This document shows, one piece after another, positions 19,430 through 30,673 of a DNA stretch of 64,000 nt. The notes beneath the pieces are model-generated. The model made no database searches. It was not told the DNA's origin and saw only the letters and a program-made list of their open reading frames with translations. Source of the stretch: an uncultured bacterium. GTDB lineage: Bacteria > Omnitrophota > Gorgyraeia > Duberdicusellales > 4484-171. Where the stretch lies: positions 185-64,184 of the forward strand of contig CAJXAF010000002.1 in assembly GCA_913050175.1 (NCBI GenBank). The letters are read 5' to 3'. Each line of letters begins with the position of its first letter. The first letter of the stretch is position 1. Position numbers and translations under genes: made by a program.

Positions 19430-20278
19430 TTATTTAGCTCTTTTTTTAGCGCGCCGTTTTACAATAAATTTATTACTTCGGCTGCGAGGATTCCTTGTTT
19501 TCGCACCTTTGGTTGGTTTACCCCAGGGTGTTACCGGATGGGGATTACCTTGTCCGGCTTTTCCTTCACCACCACCATGGGGATGGTCAACCGGATTCAT
19601 AGCCACACCTCTAACTTTAGGACGTCTTCCCAACCAGCGATTTCTTCCTGCTTTTCCGTGCCGGAATGAAGAGTGTTCAATCAACCCAACTTGACCTATG
19701 GTGGCACGACAATCAACCTTAATAAGTCGTATTTCACCTGATGGCATACGCAACTGGGCAAAGCCTTTTTCTTTTGCCATTAATTGAGCCCAACTTCCAG
19801 CACTGCGAGCCATAATAGCACCCTTGCCAGGAGTTAACTCCAAATTATGTACCAAGGTTCCCATAGGCATGTGTTTTAAACGCATAGCATTGCCGGGACG
19901 AATATCAATTTGAGAATCAAAAGCACTTACAATTTTATCGCCGACCTTAACTTTATCAGGCATAACAATATATCTTCTCTCCTTATCAGGATACTCTATA
20001 AGAGCGATTCGGGCACTTCGGTTGGGATCATACTCAATTGCAATAATCTCTCCTTCAACGTCAAATTTATCGCGCTTAAAATCGATTATTCTGTATTTTC
20101 TTTTCGCACCACCGCCACGACGGCGAATAGTTATCCTACCCCGATTATTTCTGCCGCCACTCTTCTTTAAGCTAACAAGAAGAGACTTCTCCGGCTGAGT
20201 CTTGGTCACTTCAGAAAAATCGGAAATCACCTTAAAACGTAAAGATGGCGTTATTGGTCTAAACTTTTTTACTCCCAT
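19430..20278 (-). CDS. rplB: 50S ribosomal protein L2
   Basis: [32 protein letters not shown]. Confidence 0.98.
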   Translation of the reverse strand: MGVKKFRPITPSLRFKVISDFSEVTKTQPEKSLLVSLKKSGGRNNRGRITIRRRGGGAKRKYRIIDFKRDKFDVEGEIIAIEYDPNRSARIALIEYPDKERRYIVMPDKVKVGDKIVSAFDSQIDIRPGNAMRLKHMPMGTLVHNLELTPGKGAIMARSAGSWAQLMAKEKGFAQLRMPSGEIRLIKVDCRATIGQVGLIEHSSFRHGKAGRNRWLGRRPKVRGVAMNPVDHPHGGGEGKAGQGNPHPVTPWGKPTKGAKTRNPRSRSNKFIVKRRAKKRAK

Positions 20279-20284
20279 AAAACT

Positions 20285-20575
20285 TTAATTTATTTTAATT
20301 TCAAACCCTTCCTTAAGAGTGACAATTGCTTTTTTCCAGTCAACTGTCTTACCTGGCTGATTAGCCCTGATTCTCTTCATCTTACCTTTTATAATCATAG
20401 AAGCGATCTTGTCTACTTTAACTTTATATATTTTTTCGACAGCTTGCTTTATCTCAATTTTATTAGCGTTCTTCTCAACGCAAAAAGCATATTTTCTATA
20501 GATAGCGTCCCGGCTTGACTTCTCGGTAACCAATAAAGACTTTAAGACTGAATAGAGGCTTTTTACTGTAGACAT
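20285..20575 (-). CDS. rplW: 50S ribosomal protein L23
   Basis: VTEKS, ANKIEIKQAVE, WKKAIVTL. Confidence 0.96.
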   Translation of the reverse strand: MSTVKSLYSVLKSLLVTEKSSRDAIYRKYAFCVEKNANKIEIKQAVEKIYKVKVDKIASMIIKGKMKRIRANQPGKTVDWKKAIVTLKEGFEIKIN

Positions 20576-21240
20576 TTTTTAACTCTTTCTTCTATTTTAC
20601 CAATAGCACTCTTTGTTAGAACAAGCTCTTTACAATCAATTAAATCCTTAGCCTGGATATCACTTGCTCTAAGAAGGGCTACTTTTTGTATATTTCTTGA
20701 GGCACGCTTACTTTCAAGACTAAGCTCATCAACGACAAAATTAACTTTCTTTCCCGATAACTTTAAATTATCTATAATTTTTGAAAAATCCTTTGTTTTG
20801 TGAGATTTAACTTTTAAATCATCCAATAGCACTAGCTGATCATCGTTGAACTTAGCATTTAATGCACTTTTAACCGCTAAGATCTTCATCTTCTTAGGAA
20901 AATCTTTACGAAAAGAGTGTGGAAGCGGTCCAAAAGTAACACCGCCGCCTCGCCAAATAGGTGAGCGGTTTGAGCCGACTCTGGCCCGACCAGTGCCTTT
21001 CTGACGCCAAGGCTTCCTGCCGCCGCCTCTGACCTTACCCTTGGTTTTGGTAGAAGCCAAACCTTTTCGCTGGTTAGATAAATACGTAGTAATGGCTTGA
21101 TGCAGGAGTGTGCTATTGACTTGGCCGTCAAATACAGAAGAATCAAGGTTGTAATTACTAACAACGCTCCCTTTTACATCTAAGACATTTATCTTTAGAT
21201 CTTTGGTTTTCTTGGTTTGTTTTTTTGTATCTTTGCTCAT
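20563..21240 (-). CDS. rplD: 50S ribosomal protein L4
   Basis: GGGRKPWRQKGTGRAR.GS.RSP.WRGGG..FGP. Confidence 0.97.
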   Translation of the reverse strand: MSKDTKKQTKKTKDLKINVLDVKGSVVSNYNLDSSVFDGQVNSTLLHQAITTYLSNQRKGLASTKTKGKVRGGGRKPWRQKGTGRARVGSNRSPIWRGGGVTFGPLPHSFRKDFPKKMKILAVKSALNAKFNDDQLVLLDDLKVKSHKTKDFSKIIDNLKLSGKKVNFVVDELSLESKRASRNIQKVALLRASDIQAKDLIDCKELVLTKSAIGKIEERVKKCLQ

Positions 21241-21242
21241 AG

Positions 21243-22001
21243 CTAAACTAATTTTCTTATTCTTACAACAGCTCCTCTTGCTCCTGGTATGCTACCTTTA
21301 AGAAAGAGAAGATTCTTTTCTTTATCTATTCTTAAAACCTTTATATTAGTAATTGTTCTTGGTGCATTGCCCATATGACCAGGCATCCTAAGACCCTTCA
21401 TTACTCTTGAGGGGTATGCAGAGGCACCAATAGAACCAACACGCCTATGCATAGTTGAACCATGCCCTCCAGGCTGACCTGACCAATTATGTCTCTTCAT
21501 GCCTCCGGTGAAACCTCGGCCTTTAGTATTGGTTTGAGCATCCACCTTATCGCCTTCTTTGAAAATCTCTAATCCTACTATTCTTGGATCACTTGGTTCT
21601 TTCACCTCTTCTACTTTCTCACTTCCCTCTTCTACTTCTTCACCCTTGTCTTCTTTAACTCCTTCACCTGCCACCTCTTCCACCTGTTTACCTGCATCCA
21701 CCGGCTTCTCTCCAGATAAAAAAGACAAGTCTGCCGAGCTTTCAGCTTCAACCTCTTTTATGAGTTTATAAGGACTTAAGCCTAACTTGTCAAAATAACC
21801 TTTAACTGGCTTAGTGAGCTTTTTGACCCTATTGGCAGCGACCTTAAAGCAACCTATTTTTACCCTGGTTTTATTCTCATACTCTATTTTTTCCAAGATA
21901 CAAATAGGCTCCACTTCTAGAAGAGTTGTTGCAATCGCATCACCTTCTTCAGTGAAGATTTGAGTCATACCAATTTTTTTTCCGTAAATTTCTTTTAACA
22001 T
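21243..22001 (-). CDS. rplC: 50S ribosomal protein L3 with acidic insertion
   Basis: GKKIGMTQIF, KGRGF.G.MKRH, HGS..HRR.GS, MPGHMG, GSIPG. Confidence 0.96.
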   Translation of the reverse strand: MLKEIYGKKIGMTQIFTEEGDAIATTLLEVEPICILEKIEYENKTRVKIGCFKVAANRVKKLTKPVKGYFDKLGLSPYKLIKEVEAESSADLSFLSGEKPVDAGKQVEEVAGEGVKEDKGEEVEEGSEKVEEVKEPSDPRIVGLEIFKEGDKVDAQTNTKGRGFTGGMKRHNWSGQPGGHGSTMHRRVGSIGASAYPSRVMKGLRMPGHMGNAPRTITNIKVLRIDKEKNLLFLKGSIPGARGAVVRIRKLV

Positions 22002-22012
22002 CTTTCTAACAT

Positions 22013-22082
22013 TTTGTCCTTACAACCTCTAAAGACAAATATAGCAGATGAACACAAAACTCGTGATTATGTATTCATCTGC
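22013..22082 (-). other. Two tandem RNA hairpins in the rpsJ-rplC spacer
   Basis: Minus-strand stems GCAGAUGAAUACA/UGUGUUCAUCUGC (22044-22082) and UUUGUCUUUA/UAAGGACAAA (22013-22039), each with one G-U pair. Confidence 0.6.
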
Positions 22083-22099
22083 GTTAATTTTTCTGCAGC

Positions 22100-22408
22100 T
22101 TAGGTTTCTTGTTTGATTTCAACATTAACGCCGGCTGGTAAATTCAACTTGCGTAACGCATCAACAGTCTTAGCTGTAGGGTTTTCTAAGTCAATAATCC
22201 GCTTATGAATCGCTAGCATAAATTGCTCACGTGATTTCTTATCCACGTTAGTTGAGCGATTCACAGTATAAATCTTCTTCTTTGTAGGCATAGGCATCGG
22301 ACCATTAACTTTAGCGCCTGTTCTTAAAGCTACTTCGGCAATATCTTGAGCAGATTGATCAAGAATGCGGTGGTCAAAAGCCTTTAATTTAATCCTTAAT
22401 TTAAGCAT
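22100..22408 (-). CDS. rpsJ: 30S ribosomal protein S10
   Basis: [32 protein letters not shown]. Confidence 0.97.
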   Translation of the reverse strand: MLKLRIKLKAFDHRILDQSAQDIAEVALRTGAKVNGPMPMPTKKKIYTVNRSTNVDKKSREQFMLAIHKRIIDLENPTAKTVDALRKLNLPAGVNVEIKQET

Positions 22409-22448
22409 TGCTATTCTTATACCTTTAGTTCTGAAAACTTCTTATGAC

Positions 22449-23657
22449 TTATTCAGTTATCTCAGTAACTACACCAGCGCCCACTGTTCTTCCGCCTTCA
22501 CGGACAGCAAACCTTAACTCTTTTTCACAAGCTACAGGTTGAATAAGCTCCACGTCTAATTCAATATTATCACCAGGCATAACCATTTCTACGCCGGCAG
22601 GCAATTTACAAGTTCCGGTTACATCTGTAGTTCTAAAATAAAATTGCGGCCTATATCCACCAAAGAAAGGAGTGTGTCTTCCACCTTCTTCTTTCTTTAA
22701 AGCGTAAATTTTAGCCTTAAACTTCTTATGAGGCGTGATTGATCCTGGCTTTGCCATAACCATACCTCTTTCAACATCTTCTTTTTCAATTCCCCGCAAA
22801 AGCAAACCCACGTTGTCACCAGCTTGACCTTCATCAAGAAGTTTTCGAAACATCTCTACTCCGGTGACGACTGTCTTTTTGCTTTCTTCATTTATACCTA
22901 CCATTTCGATTTCTTCACTTACTTTAACCTTTCCTCTTTCAATTCTTCCGGTAACAACCGTTCCCCGGCCAGAAATTGAAAACACATCTTCAATAGCCAT
23001 AAGAAATGGCTTATCAATTTCTCTCTTAGGTGTAGGTATGTGCTCGTCAACTGCTTTCATTAACTCAATGATACACTTACACTCTTCACTATCAGCACCT
23101 TTTCCGGCTGTTGCAGCTTCTAAAGCTTTTAAAGCTGAACCCTTAACTATGGGTATATCTTTGCCTGGAAATTCGTACTTAGTAAGTAAATCTCTTACCT
23201 CTTCTTCAACTAACTCAACTAGTTCAGGGTCATCCATTTGATCAACCTTGTTGACAAAAACAACAAGAGCCGGAACATTAACCTGACGAGCTAGAAGAAT
23301 ATGCTCTCGAGTCTGTGGCATTGGCCCATCAGTAGCAGCTACTACAAGAATAGCTCCATCCATTTGAGCAGCACCAGTAATCATATTTTTAATATAGTCC
23401 GCGTGACCAGGACAATCAATGTGAGCATAATGACGATTATCTGTCTCATACTCAACGTGAGTAATATTGATAGTTACGCCTCTTTCCTTCTCTTCAGGGG
23501 CTTTATCAATATCCTCAAATTTAAGAGCTTGAGCCTTTCCTAAAGCAGCTAAAGTCTGAGTTATAGCCGCAGTAAGCGTAGTCTTACCATGGTCAACGTG
23601 ACCTATGGTACCAATATTAAGATGGGGCTTTGTCCTAACAAATTTCTCCTTTCCCAT
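22449..23657 (-). CDS. tuf: Elongation factor Tu
   Basis: [29 protein letters not shown]. Confidence 0.99.
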   Translation of the reverse strand: MGKEKFVRTKPHLNIGTIGHVDHGKTTLTAAITQTLAALGKAQALKFEDIDKAPEEKERGVTINITHVEYETDNRHYAHIDCPGHADYIKNMITGAAQMDGAILVVAATDGPMPQTREHILLARQVNVPALVVFVNKVDQMDDPELVELVEEEVRDLLTKYEFPGKDIPIVKGSALKALEAATAGKGADSEECKCIIELMKAVDEHIPTPKREIDKPFLMAIEDVFSISGRGTVVTGRIERGKVKVSEEIEMVGINEESKKTVVTGVEMFRKLLDEGQAGDNVGLLLRGIEKEDVERGMVMAKPGSITPHKKFKAKIYALKKEEGGRHTPFFGGYRPQFYFRTTDVTGTCKLPAGVEMVMPGDNIELDVELIQPVACEKELRFAVREGGRTVGAGVVTEITE

Positions 23658-23675
23658 GCTACACCTCCTCCTTCA

Positions 23676-25742
23676 TTAAATACCTAATATCTTTAATAAT
23701 AGTTCTTCGGGAACCTTTTCGTAATACGAAGGCTCTATTGTATAAGATGCCCTTCCTTGTGTCAAGTTTCTTATTGCATCTGCATAATTAAAAGCTTCTG
23801 ACAGGGGGACATCGGTTCTTACGATCCTCAGATTCTTACGCTCCTTAATGGACGATATCTTTGCGCGTCTAGTATTTAAGTCGCCAATAACCTGGCTAAC
23901 GTATTCGGTTGGAGTAACAACTTCTAAGTCCATTACCGGTTCAAGCAAAACTGATTTTGCCTTACGAAGGCTTTCCTTTACTGCCATCTCAGCAGCCACC
24001 TTAAAACTTAATTCAGAAGAATCAACATCGTGGAAAGATCCGTCTATTAAGGTAAATTTAACATCAACGACTGGATATCCGCCTAGAGTTCCGCTGCTTG
24101 AGGCCTCTTCGACACCCTCTTTTACTGCCGGCATAAACTCTTTTGGAATTGCTCCGGCTTTAATCTTATTTTCAAATATAATACCTTTGCTCTTAGCTAA
24201 GGGCTCTACCAGCAAGACAACATGTCCGTATTGACCACGACCACCGGTTTGCTGGATAAATTTACCCACGGCTTCAACTCTTTTGGTAATTGTCTCTTTA
24301 TAGGCAACCTGAGGCTTACCTATATTAGCTTGCACGCTAAATTCTTTAATTAATCTATCTACCATAATTTCCAAATGGAGTTGACCCATACCAGAAATTA
24401 TATTCTGACCGGTTTCCCGATTATAATTAACCTTAAAAGATGGATCCTCATCAGATAACTTTCCTAAGGCTGTGAAAAGCTTTTCCTGATCTGTTTTTGT
24501 TCGTGGCTCTATGGCTAAAGAAACTACTGGTTCAGGAAATTTAATTTCTTCTAAAAGCATCGGGTGGCGAGAATTGCATAGGGTATCTCCGGTAGTAGTT
24601 TGTTTTAAGCCCACCAAACAAACTATATCACCAGCCGTAGCCTCATTGATCATCTCCTGTTTATTTGCATGCATACGCAATATTTTAGTAACTTTTTCAT
24701 TTATTTTCTTAGTAGCGTTATAAATTGATGAAGAAGCTGATATTTTACCTGAATAAACTCTTGTGTAGTAAAGCTTGCCCACAAAAGGGTCTGAAAATAC
24801 CTTAAAGCATAAAGCGCAAGTAAGTTTGCTATTGTCCGGATCTATTGAAGCCTCTTGATCTGTCTTTACATCAAGACCGTTTATCGTTGTCGCTTCTTGA
24901 GGCGATGGTAAATAAGCGCTGACTGCATCAAGAAGTTGCTGTATTCCCTTATTTTTTAAGGATGAACCACAGAAAATCGGAACAAATTTATTCATTATAG
25001 TGTATTTTCTTATAGCGGAACTTATCTCCTCATTGGTAATCTTCTCTCCCTCAATCACCCTATGCATAAAACTGTCATCTAACTCTGCTAATTTTTCAAT
25101 CAGAAGATCTTTGTATTTTCCAGCTTTCTCTAAGTAATCTTGAGGAATCTCTTTAGTTACAACCTTAGTTCCAAATTCATCTTCATAGAAATAAACTTTA
25201 TCAGCAACCAAATCTATAACTCCCATAAATTCATCATCTTTATAGTATGGTATTTGCAACGGTGAAAGCAGCATTTGCAGCTTCTCTTTCATATCATCAA
25301 CTACATTGTAGAAATCAGCACCATTGCGATCCATCTTATTAATAAAGGCGATGCGAGGAATTTGATATTTATCAGCCTGACGCCAAACTGTTTCTGACTG
25401 GGGTTCAACACCACCTACGGCACAAAAAATAACAACCACCCCGTCTAGAACTTTTAAAGATCGTTCAACCTCAACCGTAAAATCAATATGCCCAGGAGTA
25501 TCAATAATATTTATCTGTGTATCTTTCCAGGTGCAATAAGTAGCAGCACTGGTAATAGTTATACCTCGCTCTTTTTCTTGCGACATCCAATCGGTTATAG
25601 TGGTTCCCTCATGGACTTCACCCATTTTATAAGTTTTCCCGGTATAAAAGAGTATTCTTTCTGTAGTCGTAGTCTTACCGGCATCAATATGAGCTATAAA
25701 ACCAATATTGCGGATAGTTTCTAATCCTGTTTTCTTTGACAT
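23676..25742 (-). CDS. fusA: Elongation factor G
   Basis: RNIGFIAHIDAGKTT, DTPGH, NKMD, GMGQLHL; start set at ATG 25742. Confidence 0.97.
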   Translation of the reverse strand: MSKKTGLETIRNIGFIAHIDAGKTTTTERILFYTGKTYKMGEVHEGTTITDWMSQEKERGITITSAATYCTWKDTQINIIDTPGHIDFTVEVERSLKVLDGVVVIFCAVGGVEPQSETVWRQADKYQIPRIAFINKMDRNGADFYNVVDDMKEKLQMLLSPLQIPYYKDDEFMGVIDLVADKVYFYEDEFGTKVVTKEIPQDYLEKAGKYKDLLIEKLAELDDSFMHRVIEGEKITNEEISSAIRKYTIMNKFVPIFCGSSLKNKGIQQLLDAVSAYLPSPQEATTINGLDVKTDQEASIDPDNSKLTCALCFKVFSDPFVGKLYYTRVYSGKISASSSIYNATKKINEKVTKILRMHANKQEMINEATAGDIVCLVGLKQTTTGDTLCNSRHPMLLEEIKFPEPVVSLAIEPRTKTDQEKLFTALGKLSDEDPSFKVNYNRETGQNIISGMGQLHLEIMVDRLIKEFSVQANIGKPQVAYKETITKRVEAVGKFIQQTGGRGQYGHVVLLVEPLAKSKGIIFENKIKAGAIPKEFMPAVKEGVEEASSSGTLGGYPVVDVKFTLIDGSFHDVDSSELSFKVAAEMAVKESLRKAKSVLLEPVMDLEVVTPTEYVSQVIGDLNTRRAKISSIKERKNLRIVRTDVPLSEAFNYADAIRNLTQGRASYTIEPSYYEKVPEELLLKILGI

Positions 25743-25789
25743 AACTTCTATTTTACTCACTATTACTAACCCAACTGTTGTTTTAAGAA

Positions 25790-26257
25790 TCAATACCTGA
25801 AATGAGCAAAAGCTCTATTAGCTTCAGCCATTTTATGCGTATCTTCACGTTTCTTAACTATTGCTCCTTCATTTTTAAAAGCTGCAAGGATCTCTTCAGC
25901 CAATTTATCCTTCATTGGTCTACCTTTTTTCTTTAAGGCAAAGTCTTTAATCCAGCGCAAGACCGTTGACATGCCTTTTTCTTTGGTGACCTCCATAGGA
26001 ACTTGATAGGTAGCTCCACCAATTCTTCTCGGCTTAACTGCCACACGTGGGCGGGCATTATCCAAAGCAGAAAAGAATACCTTTAAAGGGTCGTCCTTCT
26101 GCTTTTGGGCAACGATATCAAGAGCACCATAAACAATTCGTTGAGCAGTACTCTTTTTTCCGTCACGCATAATAATGTTAATTAGTTGCCCAAGTACTTC
26201 TGAATCATATTTAGGATCTGTTACAACATCCCTTTTTGGGGCTCTTCTTCTTCTCAT
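25790..26257 (-). CDS. rpsG: 30S ribosomal protein S7
   Basis: GKKSTA, RRIGGATYQVP, HKMAEANRAFAH. Confidence 0.98.
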   Translation of the reverse strand: MRRRRAPKRDVVTDPKYDSEVLGQLINIIMRDGKKSTAQRIVYGALDIVAQKQKDDPLKVFFSALDNARPRVAVKPRRIGGATYQVPMEVTKEKGMSTVLRWIKDFALKKKGRPMKDKLAEEILAAFKNEGAIVKKREDTHKMAEANRAFAHFRY

Positions 26258-26286
26258 GCTATATTAACTCCTTAAATTTTTAGTCT

Positions 26287-26667
26287 CTACTTACCCTTTT
26301 TAGGCCGCTTTGCGCCATATTTAGAACGTGACTGCTTTCTATTTTGTACACCCTGGCAATCAAGTGTACCTCTGACTATATGATATCTTACTCCCGGTAA
26401 ATCTTTAACTCTTCCTCCTCTAACCAAAACTATAGAGTGCTCTTGTAAATTATGGCCTTCACCAGGTATGTAGGCTGTTACTTCCTGACGATTAGTTAAC
26501 CGTACTCTGGCAATCTTTCTCAGGGCAGAGTTAGGCTTCTTAGGGGTCATGGTTTTAACCTGCAAACAAACTCCCCGTTTTTGCGGACACTGTTGCAAGG
26601 ATGGAGACTTACCTTTCTTTTTCTTATCAACTCTTGATTTCCTAATTAATTGCATTATAGTCGGCAT
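26287..26667 (-). CDS. rpsL: 30S ribosomal protein S12
   Basis: [22 protein letters not shown]. Confidence 0.99.
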   Translation of the reverse strand: MPTIMQLIRKSRVDKKKKGKSPSLQQCPQKRGVCLQVKTMTPKKPNSALRKIARVRLTNRQEVTAYIPGEGHNLQEHSIVLVRGGRVKDLPGVRYHIVRGTLDCQGVQNRKQSRSKYGAKRPKKGK

Positions 26668-26692
26668 GTATCTACTCCCTTTGACTTATGTT

Positions 26693-29600
26693 TTAAGATT
26701 TCTTAACCTCTATGTCCCGATATCGTTTCAACCCTGTTCCGGCTGGAATAAGGTGACCAACAATAACATTTTCTTTTAAACCTTGGAGATGATCTACTTT
26801 ACCAGCAGTTGCCGCATCAGCTAAAATACGAGTCGTCTCCTGAAAACTGGCAGCTGAGATAAAGCTCTTGGTGCTTAAAGAAGCTTTAGTTATTCCCAAA
26901 AGAAGTGGTGATGCTGTAGCCGGTTTCCCATTTTTCTTAATAATTTTTTCGTTTTCTTTTCTAAAATCCCACTTATCGACAGCTTCTCCCGGTAAAAAAT
27001 CACTATCTCCCGGATCTCCTATTTTAACCTTCTTAAGCATCTCGCGAATTATAACCTCAATATGCTTATCATTTATACGCACACCCTGAAGTCTATAGAT
27101 TTCCTGGATCTCATTAACTAGGTGTTCTTGCAAAACTTTATCTCCACAAACTCTCAATATATCCTGCAAAACTATCGGCCCCTCTATTAACTGCTGACCA
27201 GCAGCCACTTCATCACCCCTGTACACTATAGGATGCGACCCAACTGGAATAGCATACTCTCTTTTCATGCCAGTAGGGCTGCGCACGATAACTTTTCTTT
27301 CACCCTTTTCTTCAGCAAATTCAATAAACCCGTCGATCTCACTGATAACTGCCGGATTCTTTGGACGTCTTGCTTCAAAAAGTTCAGCCACTCTAGGTAG
27401 ACCACCAGTAATATCTCTGGTTTTTGCTACTAGGCGAGGGGTTTTAGCAATTACATCACCAGCCTCAACAACAGTACCTTCTTCAACCATAATATGGGCA
27501 CCGGTTGGTAAGGGGTAAAAGCCTATAACTTCATCCTTATCAGAAAGAATCAGGACTTGAGGATGGTAGTCACTCTTAAACTCAATTACAACTCTTTCTT
27601 TCCTTCCGGTTGTGATATTCATCTCTTCCTGAATGGTAATTTTGTTTATAATATCTTCATACTTGACCTTACCACCAACTTCAATAAGAATCGGTGAGGA
27701 GTAAGGATCCCAACGAACGAATATTTTATCTTTTTGTATTTCGCCATTATCAGGGATTAAAATCGAAGCACCTTGAGGTACTGGGTTTCTTTGCAATTCT
27801 ATTCCCCGAGGATCATTAACGCTTATCATTCCGTTTCTGTTAAGCACAACAAAGTTACGGCCTTTAGGAGCAATTTTTAAATTATGATATTTAACAATTC
27901 CCTTTTCTCTGGACTTGATGAAAGCTCTTTCAGCTACTCTTGAGGCAGTACCACCAATATGAAAAGTTCTCATAGTAAGCTGTGTTCCCGGCTCGCCGAT
28001 AGATTGAGCAGCAATTACACCTACTGCAGTGCCTATTTCAACCAATTTTCTGGTAGCTAAATTTCGTCCGTAACACTTAACACAACAACCTCGCTCTGAC
28101 TCACAAGTCAAAACGCTTCTAATTCTTATTTTCTCAAGACCTAATCTATCAATCTTGTCAGCTTTTCCGGCAGTAATAACATCGCCAGTTTTAATAATAA
28201 GTTCATCGCTAACAACATCAACAACGTTATCTAAGCCAACCCGGCCGACAATTCTTTCCTTTAAAGTAACAGCTACCTCTTCTCCCTCGACAATTTCTGC
28301 AACTGTGATCCCGTTAACAGTACCACAATCATCTTCAACTATAATTACCTCCTGAGCTACATCAACCAAACGTCTGGTAAGATATCCGGCATCAGCTGTC
28401 TTTAAAGCAGTGTCAGCCAAACCTTTCCTGGCGCCGTGAGTAGAGATAAAGTATTCTAAAACAGTTAGACCCTCCTTAAAGTTTGAAGTTATCGGAATTT
28501 CAATAATTTCACCGGAAGGTTTAGCCATAAGGCCTCTCATTCCGGCAAGTTGCCTAACTTGAGTTTTCGAGCCACGAGCTCCAGAATCAGCCATCATGAA
28601 TACCGGGTTAAATCGGCTCATATTAGCAAAAACAAGATCGGAAACTTTATCGTTTGTTCTAGTCCAAACGTCAATGATCTTATTGTGACGCTCTCTTTCA
28701 GTAATAATTCCTCGACGATACTGTTCCTCCACTTTAGCCAGTTCATTATTAGCTTCTTCAATGCAGGCGTGTTTTTGCTCAGGTATCTCAAGGTCATCGA
28801 GGGAAATACTTATGCCACCTAAGGTAGCGTACTCAAAACCAAGGTCCTTTATATCATCTAAGAGTTTAATTACGGCACTATGGCCAAACTTCTTATAAGA
28901 CTCACTAACAATTTCTGAAACCTGTTTTTTGCCTAAAGACTCATTGACATAACGAAACCCTTTAGGCAGTATTTGATTAAAAATAACTCTGCCGGTAGTT
29001 GTCTCAATTACTTTTCTTTCTCCATTATCCTGAATCCTGAGTTTAATTTTTGCATGTAAGTGCACTTCTTCATCCTGATAAGCAGTGAATACTTCCTGGG
29101 CGTCAGAAAAGAATATACCTTCACCCTTAACTTTTGGCATTTGGAGGGTGAGATAACGAAGACCAATTATCATATCCTGACTGGGAGCGATAACCGGTCT
29201 ACCATCAGAGGGTGAAAAAATATTATTTACTGAGAGCATAATTATTTTTGCTTCGGCTTGAGCCTCCAAAGAAAGGGGCAAATGAACTGCCATCTGGTCT
29301 CCGTCAAAATCAGCATTAAAAGCGGCACAAACCAAAGGATGAAGTTTAATGGCTTTACCTTCAACTAAGATCGGATAAAAAGCCTGTATACTTAGGCGGT
29401 GAAGAGTTGGAGCGCGGTTAAGCATTACCGGATGTCCTTGAATAACATCCTCTAAGATATCCCAAACCTCAACCTTTGCTCTTTCAACCATTCTTCTTGC
29501 ACCCTTTATCGTATGAACAAAACCTTTTTCTCGTAATTTCTTGATTATAAATGGCTCTACCAACTCTAAGGCCATCTGTTTGGGAATGCCACATTGATAT

Positions 29601-30658
29601 AGTTTTAAGTCTGGACCAACAACTATAACACTTCGTCCAGAATAATCGACTCGCTTACCTAAAAGATTCTGTCGAAAACGACCCTGCTTTCCCTTAAGCA
29701 TGTCCGATAAGCTTTTTAAAGGACGATTCTGAGGACCAACAACCGGTCGCCCATGACGACCGTTCTCAATGACTGCATCAACTGCTTCCTGAAGCATCCT
29801 TTTCTCATTACGTATAATAATATCAGGAGCACCTAAAGAAATTAATTTCTTTAAACGGTTATTTCTATTGATTACCCTTCTATATAAGTCGTTTAAATCG
29901 CTGGAAGCGAATCTCCCTCCTTCTAAGGGAACTAAAGGTCTTAGATCAGGCGGAATTATTGGCAAAGAATCAAGTATCATCCAGTCACATTCATTGCCAG
30001 AACGTCTCATGTCTTCAACAATCTTAAGTCTCTTAAGGAGCCTAGTATTAACACTTGCCTTACCCTTTTCTAAACTCTTTCTAATAGCTTTGCTTACCTT
30101 AGGCAGATCAACTTCTTGCAGCAATTGCTTCACTGCTTCAGCGCCTATTTCAGCTTTAAAGTCAGAACCATGCTCCTCAATGCCTTTTCTATACTCCTTT
30201 TCACGCAGTAACTGCATCCTCTTAAAAGGTGTAGTACCGGGATCAATAACTACATACTCTTCATAATATATTACTTTCTCTAACTGCTTAATACTTAGAT
30301 CTAGGAGAGCTCCGATTCGGGAAGGGAGTACTTTAAAAAACCAAATGTGAGTAACTGGTGCAGCCAAATCAATATGCCCCATGCGCTGCCTGCGTACTGA
30401 TGAGTGCAGAACTTCAACTCCACAACGATCACACTTTGTACCCTTGAACTTAATACCTTTTAACTTACCGCAATGACATTCCCAATCTTTAGCTGGACCA
30501 AAGATTCTTTCGCAAAAAAGTCCATCCTTTTCCGGCTTTAAAGTACGGTAATTTAAAGTCTCGGCTTTTTTTACTTCTCCTGAAGACCAGTTTCGAATAA
30601 CATCTGGTGCTGCTAACTTTATTGTAATTCGATCAAAAAATGCACCTTCTTCCAGCAT
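26693..30658 (-). CDS. rpoC: RNA polymerase beta' subunit
   Basis: NADFDGD active site, Zn ribbon, trigger loop TMRTFH...DITGGLPRV with SI3-type insertion. Confidence 0.99.
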   Translation of the reverse strand: MLEEGAFFDRITIKLAAPDVIRNWSSGEVKKAETLNYRTLKPEKDGLFCERIFGPAKDWECHCGKLKGIKFKGTKCDRCGVEVLHSSVRRQRMGHIDLAAPVTHIWFFKVLPSRIGALLDLSIKQLEKVIYYEEYVVIDPGTTPFKRMQLLREKEYRKGIEEHGSDFKAEIGAEAVKQLLQEVDLPKVSKAIRKSLEKGKASVNTRLLKRLKIVEDMRRSGNECDWMILDSLPIIPPDLRPLVPLEGGRFASSDLNDLYRRVINRNNRLKKLISLGAPDIIIRNEKRMLQEAVDAVIENGRHGRPVVGPQNRPLKSLSDMLKGKQGRFRQNLLGKRVDYSGRSVIVVGPDLKLYQCGIPKQMALELVEPFIIKKLREKGFVHTIKGARRMVERAKVEVWDILEDVIQGHPVMLNRAPTLHRLSIQAFYPILVEGKAIKLHPLVCAAFNADFDGDQMAVHLPLSLEAQAEAKIIMLSVNNIFSPSDGRPVIAPSQDMIIGLRYLTLQMPKVKGEGIFFSDAQEVFTAYQDEEVHLHAKIKLRIQDNGERKVIETTTGRVIFNQILPKGFRYVNESLGKKQVSEIVSESYKKFGHSAVIKLLDDIKDLGFEYATLGGISISLDDLEIPEQKHACIEEANNELAKVEEQYRRGIITERERHNKIIDVWTRTNDKVSDLVFANMSRFNPVFMMADSGARGSKTQVRQLAGMRGLMAKPSGEIIEIPITSNFKEGLTVLEYFISTHGARKGLADTALKTADAGYLTRRLVDVAQEVIIVEDDCGTVNGITVAEIVEGEEVAVTLKERIVGRVGLDNVVDVVSDELIIKTGDVITAGKADKIDRLGLEKIRIRSVLTCESERGCCVKCYGRNLATRKLVEIGTAVGVIAAQSIGEPGTQLTMRTFHIGGTASRVAERAFIKSREKGIVKYHNLKIAPKGRNFVVLNRNGMISVNDPRGIELQRNPVPQGASILIPDNGEIQKDKIFVRWDPYSSPILIEVGGKVKYEDIINKITIQEEMNITTGRKERVVIEFKSDYHPQVLILSDKDEVIGFYPLPTGAHIMVEEGTVVEAGDVIAKTPRLVAKTRDITGGLPRVAELFEARRPKNPAVISEIDGFIEFAEEKGERKVIVRSPTGMKREYAIPVGSHPIVYRGDEVAAGQQLIEGPIVLQDILRVCGDKVLQEHLVNEIQEIYRLQGVRINDKHIEVIIREMLKKVKIGDPGDSDFLPGEAVDKWDFRKENEKIIKKNGKPATASPLLLGITKASLSTKSFISAASFQETTRILADAATAGKVDHLQGLKENVIVGHLIPAGTGLKRYRDIEVKKS

Positions 30659-30673
30659 ATTTTCTCCTATATT

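Noticed and set aside
25743-25793. N-terminal extension of fusA in the ORF track
   Set aside because: Alternative start overlapping the rpsG stop; homology begins near ATG 25742
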